From positions 1,696,001 through 1,760,000 of the forward strand of contig OZ242011.1 of the NCBI GenBank assembly GCA_965204755.1: a stretch of DNA of 64,000 bases. The letters run 5' to 3'. Every line of letters begins with the position of its first letter. Positions within the stretch are counted from its first letter, which is position 1. Positions 58,293 to 64,000 of the stretch are shown piece after piece. Under the pieces are notes generated by a model. It saw nothing but the letters and a program-made list of their open reading frames with translations. It searched no databases and was not told the origin of the DNA. This stretch comes from Candidatus Marinacidobacterium sp. (lineage in GTDB: Bacteria > Acidobacteriota > Vicinamibacteria > Marinacidobacterales > Marinacidobacteraceae). The position numbers were made by a program, and so were the translations under genes.

Positions 58293-59552
58293 CTACGGCC
58301 CGAGGGTCGAGGCCGGGACGATGTTCACCCCGTCTTCCCGGCGGTAGGCCGCGCCGCCCGGGATCACGACGACCAGCGTCCCGCTTTCGTCGTACTCGTC
58401 GCGGTTGCCGCGCATCCGGGCGCGCAGGCGCAGCAGGTTCGCCGCGCCTTCGTCGGTCCACCGTTCGCCCAGTTTCACTTCGAACGCCGCCCAGCGTCCG
58501 TCGCCGGCGTCCACGACCGCGTCCGCTTCGAGTCCGTCCTTCTCTCGATAATGGAACACCTCGGCGCCCGCGGCTTGCGCGTGGATGCGCAGGTCGCGGA
58601 CGACCAGCGACTCGAACAGGAAGCCGAGGAACCGCAGGTCCGCGAGCAGCCGCTCCGGAGTCACGCGGAGCGCCGCGGCGGCGAGTGACGGATCGACGAA
58701 GTGGCGCACCGGGGTCTTTCGGAGCGTGGTCCGCGAACGCAGGTGCGGCGCCCACGCCGGCTGGTCTTCCACCACCATCAGCCGTTCGAGCGCGTCCAGG
58801 TAGCCCTGCGCGGTACCGGCGTCGATCGCCGCCCCGGTCGTGCCGGTTTCCGCGGCCAAGCGGGAGACGGCGGCCGGCGTCGCCACATTCCGGGCCAACG
58901 ACCGGAGCAGGCGTCCGACCCTCACCGGATCGCGGGCCGCGCCATCGACGCGGGACACATCGGCGCGGCGTGTCTCCTCCAAGTAGTCCCGGTTCGCCCC
59001 CCGGGCGTCCTCTGCGGAAAGCCCGAGATTCCCCGGCCACCCGCCGACGCACACGATCTCCGCAAGGGTCGAAACACTCAGCGCGGCCGGCTTCGCCCGG
59101 GCAGGCTTCCCGGAGAGCAGCCCGGCGAGGGAAACCTCGCCGCTCGAAAGCCCCGCCTCGAACAGCGACAGCGGACGCATCCGCAACCGCGAGAACCGCC
59201 CGGCCCCGGTGTGCCGCGTGATGTCGTCCGCCGGGACCGCTGACCCGGTGAGGATGAACTGGCCGCGTTTCCGGCGGTCGTCCACGGCGCGCCGGACCTG
59301 GTTCCAGACCGCCGGCGCCAACTGCCACTCGTCGAACAACCGGGGAACCGCCCCGGCGAGCGCCGCCTCCGGGTCGGCGTCCACCAGCCGCCGGGCGTTC
59401 TCGTCCGTGTCCAGCAGCGCTTCGCTCCGGGCGATCCGGCGCGCGGTGCTCGTCTTGCCGCATGCCCTCGGGCCTTCCACGACCACCGCCCCGGCGTAGG
59501 AGAGACGTCTCGCCAGTTCTCCGTCGGCGATGCGCGGGAGGTAAGTCGTCAT
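58293..59552 (-). CDS. AAA_14 + DUF4143 ATP-binding protein
   Basis: GPRACGKT, LFDEWQ, FILTGSA, GAGR, GFLFES, C-terminal EADAV...FEVKLG PD-(D/E)xK-like end. Confidence 0.9.
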   Translation of the reverse strand: MTTYLPRIADGELARRLSYAGAVVVEGPRACGKTSTARRIARSEALLDTDENARRLVDADPEAALAGAVPRLFDEWQLAPAVWNQVRRAVDDRRKRGQFILTGSAVPADDITRHTGAGRFSRLRMRPLSLFEAGLSSGEVSLAGLLSGKPARAKPAALSVSTLAEIVCVGGWPGNLGLSAEDARGANRDYLEETRRADVSRVDGAARDPVRVGRLLRSLARNVATPAAVSRLAAETGTTGAAIDAGTAQGYLDALERLMVVEDQPAWAPHLRSRTTLRKTPVRHFVDPSLAAAALRVTPERLLADLRFLGFLFESLVVRDLRIHAQAAGAEVFHYREKDGLEADAVVDAGDGRWAAFEVKLGERWTDEGAANLLRLRARMRGNRDEYDESGTLVVVIPGGAAYRREDGVNIVPASTLGP

Positions 59553-59607
59553 GGTGGGCGCGCTCCCGACCGGCGGGGGCCTCTTCGCCGTCGGTGCGAA
59601 GTCTATT

Positions 59608-59664
59608 CGGTGATTCGGAGGCGTCTCATTCGGTGATTCGGCGACACCACAGCCGGTGATTCGG
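59608..59664. promoter_or_regulatory. Three CGGTGATTCGG direct repeats at 23-bp period
   Basis: Exact 11-mers start at 59608, 59631 and 59654, upstream of the DUF4143 ATPase. Confidence 0.6.
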
Positions 59665-60337
59665 AGGCCACGGCTCGCCACGCACAGGGGCAGCCGCTGC
59701 CTCCCGCATGAGTCCCCAAGATCATGATCGGGAAGCCGTCCTGCGTGTGTGCGATGGCGTTCGGATCGCCTTGATCAGGAGCGAAGTCCGGTAAGGCGAG
59801 GACGAGTAGAACGGTCAACCTGAGCGCCGGAGTCCCGGTCGGCTCCGACCCTGAGGGCGAGCGGACGCTCGCGGAAGCGAGCGCCGACACGACCTGCGCC
59901 GGTCACGCGATCCTCACCCCCCGCCGCTCCGGCGAAACTCCGCTCGCCGAGACGCCGGGACTCACCCTGTGGAGGCCGACCCCGCCGTCCCTCGCCGCGA
60001 AGTCGTCCGCCGTGGCCCGGCGCTCGATGCTCCCCATTGGGCTCGCCCCCTCCCGCCCCTCCCGCAGGAGAAGAACTTTTCCGGCGTCAGCCTCGCCGTA
60101 GTCTCCGCCACCAACAAGCCGGGGATGACCACTCCTGGCGTCCGTACCGCGGAGAATTGTCGGAGCACCTGTACAATCGCAACTCGCGCAGACGAGCGAC
60201 CGACTCCGACCACGGCGGTTCTCCTGTCTCCATGCCCCCGCCCGACGCTCGCGCCGCACAGCTCCCAACTACGATCTTCGCTTCCTCTCACCCAGAGACT
60301 AGGCACCCAACGCCCTAACCGCGAGAGAGTTGCCGAG

Positions 60338-62677
60338 ATGGACGCGCTGCTGAACCGACTGCGAGAGTTCGACGCCCTGCGCGATGTAGGGGAAGGCGGA
60401 GATCGAGTCCTTCACGCCACAAAAAAGGCGATTCCACCGACTCACGCCGATGAGGCGATCTTCTCTCAATTGACGCCGACACTTGCAGACGCGATGAAGG
60501 CTAGAGGGATCCGTCGTCTCTATCAACATCAGGCGGACGCCATCAAGGCCGGTATCCAAGGTCGCAATGTCGTTCTGCAGGCGCCGACGGCGAGTGGCAA
60601 ATCCTTGGCCTTCCAAGTCCCAATGCTGAACACCCTCGCGGGTGACGAGGAGGGCCGCGCGCTGATGGTCTATCCGACGAAGGCCCTGTCCTTGGATCAG
60701 CGCGAGCAATTGATGCGGTTGACTGACGAAATGCCGAACCGCCGAATACAGTCCTGGTGGTACGACGGAGACACTTCGTCGGAGGAGCGAGCGCTGATTC
60801 GCCAGAATCCCTTCGAGATCGTGTTCACGAATCCGGACATGCTGCACCGGAGTTTCCTCGGTCACGCCGAGAAGTGGATCTCGTTCTTCGATGGCCTGCG
60901 CTGGATCGTCGTGGACGAGATCCACGAGTACCGAGGTTACTTCGGTTCGAATGTGTCCATGATTCTCCGTCGGCTACTTCACCACTTGGCCGCTCGCGGA
61001 GTCCATCCCCAACTCTTCCTCAGTTCCGCGACTTGTGCGAATGCCCGGGAACACGCGCAGAACCTGACCGGACTCGACTTCGAAGAAGTGGACGCGACAT
61101 CCAGCATGAGACCACGGCGGGCGTTCTTCTTCATTCGTCCCGACATACCGGACTTCAAGTACTGGGACATCCTGCAATTGCGGACAGTAAACGCCGGTCT
61201 GGCCTGTCTCGCCTCCGGACAGTCCGTGCTTGGATTCTGTCCAACACGCAAGTTCGCGGAGCATTGTCACCGAACTGCCATACAGGAAGTCGCCAAGCGA
61301 CAGGCGGAGGGGGGCGCAGATGGCCTCGATCCAAGTGCCATCAAGGTCTTCCGGGCAGGCCTGAGTACAGAAGATCGCCATGGGATTCAGAAGGGGCTGA
61401 AGCGCGGTGATGTACGGCTGGTCTTCACCACGAATGCCTTGGAACTCGGTATCGACATCGGAGGCTTGGACGGTGTCATATTGGCGGGTTTTCCGGACAG
61501 CATGATGTCCGCGTGGCAGCGTATCGGGCGCGCCGGGCGCAATTGGCAGTCGGACGCGTTCGTTCTGTACTTCTCCCGAAACAATCCACTCGACCGGTTC
61601 TACGCCGCCAATCTTCCGGTGTTCCTAGAAAAGCCCTTGGACGACCTCGTCATCAACTCGGAGAACGAGGACGTCATCGAACGCCATGTCCCCTGTCTGC
61701 TCTATGAGACGCCGGACGTCCGTCCATCCTCTACGATCCTCGGCCGGGCCCTGAGCGACGCAGCGCTGGCGAAACTGCGATCCGGCGCACGGCCGATCCG
61801 ATCCGAGAAGTGGCGTCCGCACTTCGGTGTGGACATCCGCGGCGGCGGGGCCGGGATGTTCAAACTGGAGCGAGGAGCCGAAGAGATCGGCACCATCTCG
61901 GCACATCATCAGTTCCGGGAGGCCTACCTTCGAGCCATTTACATGCACGGCGGTTCGACCTATCGCGTTGAGGAGATCACGCAAGGCGGGGACGGCGGAA
62001 CGATCAAGTTGAGTGTCGCCGAGCCGCACCTCCGCACGAACCCATCCCTCTTCACGATCCTTACCCAGCAAGACATCTACGACGGTCTCTCTTGGTCTTT
62101 GGGAGATTGGGGCGTTGAGGCCCTTTACGGCAAGGTGAGCATCCTAGAGAGGTTGGTTTCCGTAGAGGAAGTGGACGACCGGACCGGCGAAGTCCGCAAC
62201 AAATGGACACCCGACCTGCAGCCGCCGCAGTTCACGAATTCCCACGCCTTCTGGATACGGGGAACGGCCGCCTCGTCTCCCGACGGCGGTCTGCTCGCGC
62301 TGCAGCACATACTCCGCGTTGGAGTGCCGTTCGTCATCCCCATAGACACGCATGATGTGTTTCCGTACGCCGACGGGAAGGAACGAATCGCATACCTCGT
62401 CGAGAGTTATCGCGGCGGGATCGGCATCGCTCGCAAGGTGCTGGAACGCTGGCCAGAAATCCTACGGAAGGGTACGGAGGTGGCTGATCGGTGCGAATGT
62501 CGGAAGGGCTGTCCGAATTGCATCGTTCCACCGCGCTCGACGGAAGAACTCGACAAGAGGGAAGGGATCGCGTTCGCCGAGGAATTGCTCCGCGTCGGCG
62601 AAGGCAGCCCCGATTCCAAATTCGTGCGCGGGCTCTGGACGCCCATCACAGATCCATCGGGAACCGATTCGGCCTGA
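60338..62677 (+). CDS. DEAD/DEAH helicase with C-terminal Zn-binding DUF1998-like domain (MrfA/Hrq-like)
   Basis: LYQHQ, APTASGKS, YPTKAL, VVDEIH, SAT, TNALELGIDIG, QRIGRAGR, CECRKGCPNC. Confidence 0.9.
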   Translation: MDALLNRLREFDALRDVGEGGDRVLHATKKAIPPTHADEAIFSQLTPTLADAMKARGIRRLYQHQADAIKAGIQGRNVVLQAPTASGKSLAFQVPMLNTLAGDEEGRALMVYPTKALSLDQREQLMRLTDEMPNRRIQSWWYDGDTSSEERALIRQNPFEIVFTNPDMLHRSFLGHAEKWISFFDGLRWIVVDEIHEYRGYFGSNVSMILRRLLHHLAARGVHPQLFLSSATCANAREHAQNLTGLDFEEVDATSSMRPRRAFFFIRPDIPDFKYWDILQLRTVNAGLACLASGQSVLGFCPTRKFAEHCHRTAIQEVAKRQAEGGADGLDPSAIKVFRAGLSTEDRHGIQKGLKRGDVRLVFTTNALELGIDIGGLDGVILAGFPDSMMSAWQRIGRAGRNWQSDAFVLYFSRNNPLDRFYAANLPVFLEKPLDDLVINSENEDVIERHVPCLLYETPDVRPSSTILGRALSDAALAKLRSGARPIRSEKWRPHFGVDIRGGGAGMFKLERGAEEIGTISAHHQFREAYLRAIYMHGGSTYRVEEITQGGDGGTIKLSVAEPHLRTNPSLFTILTQQDIYDGLSWSLGDWGVEALYGKVSILERLVSVEEVDDRTGEVRNKWTPDLQPPQFTNSHAFWIRGTAASSPDGGLLALQHILRVGVPFVIPIDTHDVFPYADGKERIAYLVESYRGGIGIARKVLERWPEILRKGTEVADRCECRKGCPNCIVPPRSTEELDKREGIAFAEELLRVGEGSPDSKFVRGLWTPITDPSGTDSA

Positions 62678-62756
62678 CACGTACTTGTTCCGCCGCCGAA
62701 ACTCGCACGGTTCCCGAAACGCACGCCGGCCGGAGGTGCACACCACCCAAATCGGA

Positions 62757-64000
62757 TTATTCGCCGGTCAACGCGGCGCGGATGATTCCGTGGACGCGGG
62801 TGTTGAGGCCGATGCCGCGGACGGCGGGGGCGCCGGGGCCGTAGCCGAGGAGGATCACCGGTTCGGAGGTGTGGCCGCCGGTGGACCAGACGGCGTGGGT
62901 GTGGTTCGCCAGCGCCTGCGCGGCCAGGGCGGTGGGCCAGAGGAACCGGTCGAGGTAGTAGGCGGTGTTCCCCGGCGGGGCGGGGGAGTCGCGGTTCAGG
63001 GACGCGGCCAGCGAGGCGGCCTCGTCGTCGGTGAGGCGGATGCCGGTGGCCTCTTCGAGGACTTCGCGGACCCCCGACGCCGTGGCCGGAGAGGGGATTT
63101 CGGGCATCGCCTCGATGAGCGAGCGGCGCTGGGCGGCCAGCAATTCGAGGTGCCCGCGGCCGGCCATCTCCGACCCGGCGCGGTAGTCCCATCCGACCGC
63201 CTCCGGGAGCGGCCCCGGCCCGTCCGGGCCGTAGGTGAGGGTGAACCCGCCGGTTCCGTGGTCGGCGGTGACCAGCACCAGCGTGTCCTCGCGCGCCGCG
63301 GCGAAGTCGAAGGCGGCCCCGACAGCGGCGTCGAAGTCCAGGATCTCGGCGAGCATCGCGCCGGCGTCGTTTTCGTGCCCGGCGTAATCGATGAGCCCCC
63401 CCTCGACCAGCAGGAAGAACCCGCCCTCGCTCGGCGCGAGCGAGGCGATCGCGGCTTCGGTCAGGTCGGCGAGCGAAGGCACGGCATCGTCGAGGCCCGC
63501 ATAGGAGCGGTCGAGGACATAGGGGAGATGGCTCGCGGCGAAGATGCCGAGCAACCGCTCGGCGCCATGGGCCGCGAGCAGCCCGGCGCGGTCGCCGACG
63601 ACGGTGTAGCCGCGCTCCCGCGCTTCGGCGATCAGGTCGCGGTCGTCGGGACGGTTCGACTCGCCGTCGGTGGCGGCCGGCACGGACGGAACGGAGTCGG
63701 CGAGGCGGCGGCCCTCCGGGATCATCGCCCGTCCGCCGCCGCCGAGGAGCACTTCGACGGGCGGTTCGGAGAACAGTTGGTCGGCGATGTCCGCCTCCGG
63801 CACATAGCGCGAACGGGCGTGGACCTTGAACGCCGCCGGAGTCGCGTGGGTCAGGCGCATGTTGGCCACGAGCCCGGTGGCCAGCCCCCGTTCCTCGGCC
63901 CATTCGAGGATCGTGGGGATCGGTTCGCCGGTCTCCGGGGAGACGCTCAGGGTCTCCGTGAGGGCGCGCTCCCCGGTCGCCATCTGGGAGGCGGCGGCGG
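62757..64000 (-). CDS. Alkaline phosphatase (5' end outside window)
   Basis: THATPAAF, VEGGLIDYAGHEND, VTADHGTGG, GHTSEPV. Confidence 0.9.
   Translation of the reverse strand, partial: AAASQMATGERALTETLSVSPETGEPIPTILEWAEERGLATGLVANMRLTHATPAAFKVHARSRYVPEADIADQLFSEPPVEVLLGGGGRAMIPEGRRLADSVPSVPAATDGESNRPDDRDLIAEARERGYTVVGDRAGLLAAHGAERLLGIFAASHLPYVLDRSYAGLDDAVPSLADLTEAAIASLAPSEGGFFLLVEGGLIDYAGHENDAGAMLAEILDFDAAVGAAFDFAAAREDTLVLVTADHGTGGFTLTYGPDGPGPLPEAVGWDYRAGSEMAGRGHLELLAAQRRSLIEAMPEIPSPATASGVREVLEEATGIRLTDDEAASLAASLNRDSPAPPGNTAYYLDRFLWPTALAAQALANHTHAVWSTGGHTSEPVILLGYGPGAPAVRGIGLNTRVHGIIRAALTGE

Noticed and set aside
58169-59683. Imperfect GAGGCCAC.GC.CG.CAC direct repeats flanking the DUF4143 gene
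   Set aside because: Several mismatches in GC-rich sequence; cannot be distinguished from chance.
59690-60337. Small ORFs and the 123-aa N-terminal extension of the helicase ORF
   Set aside because: No recognisable motifs; ATG60338 fits the family N-terminus, so this is probably remnant or non-coding DNA.

Overview
Very high-GC bacterial chromosome segment. The GWxTD protein, CRTAC1/ASPIC-UnbV plus TPR pair and Oar-like TonB receptor suggest Acidobacteriota; the expanded stand-alone ATPases resemble sponge-symbiont genomes (both are inference). Core genes: tadA, tRNA-Ser(CGA), argG-argH, cutA, pta-like, rpiA, osmoprotectant ABC transporter, polA, CoA-transferase/aminotransferase operon, ogt, cyclophilin and alkaline phosphatase. 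Four accessory features stand out. (1) A lower-GC, tightly coupled three-gene operon at 54136-58156 encodes a DGQHR/DndB-like protein, an unannotated protein with a HEPN-like motif pattern, and an N6-adenine DNA methyltransferase. It is followed by an AAA_14-DUF4143 ATPase and a DUF1998-type helicase, and is the best candidate for an undescribed defence/DNA-modification system. (2) Four tandem copies of a 61-bp dyad with six half-sites on an exact 10-bp phase (8120-8734) abut the start codon of an ATPase-wHTH gene. (3) An array of ATPase and pRiA4b-ORF3 paralogues at different stages of decay spans 20086-24238. (4) A small CxxC/RAPP leader ORF lies upstream of a Cys-rich ORF whose RBS can be sequestered by a hairpin. 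All calls come from reading motifs by eye; no database searches were run, and GC comparisons are visual impressions.
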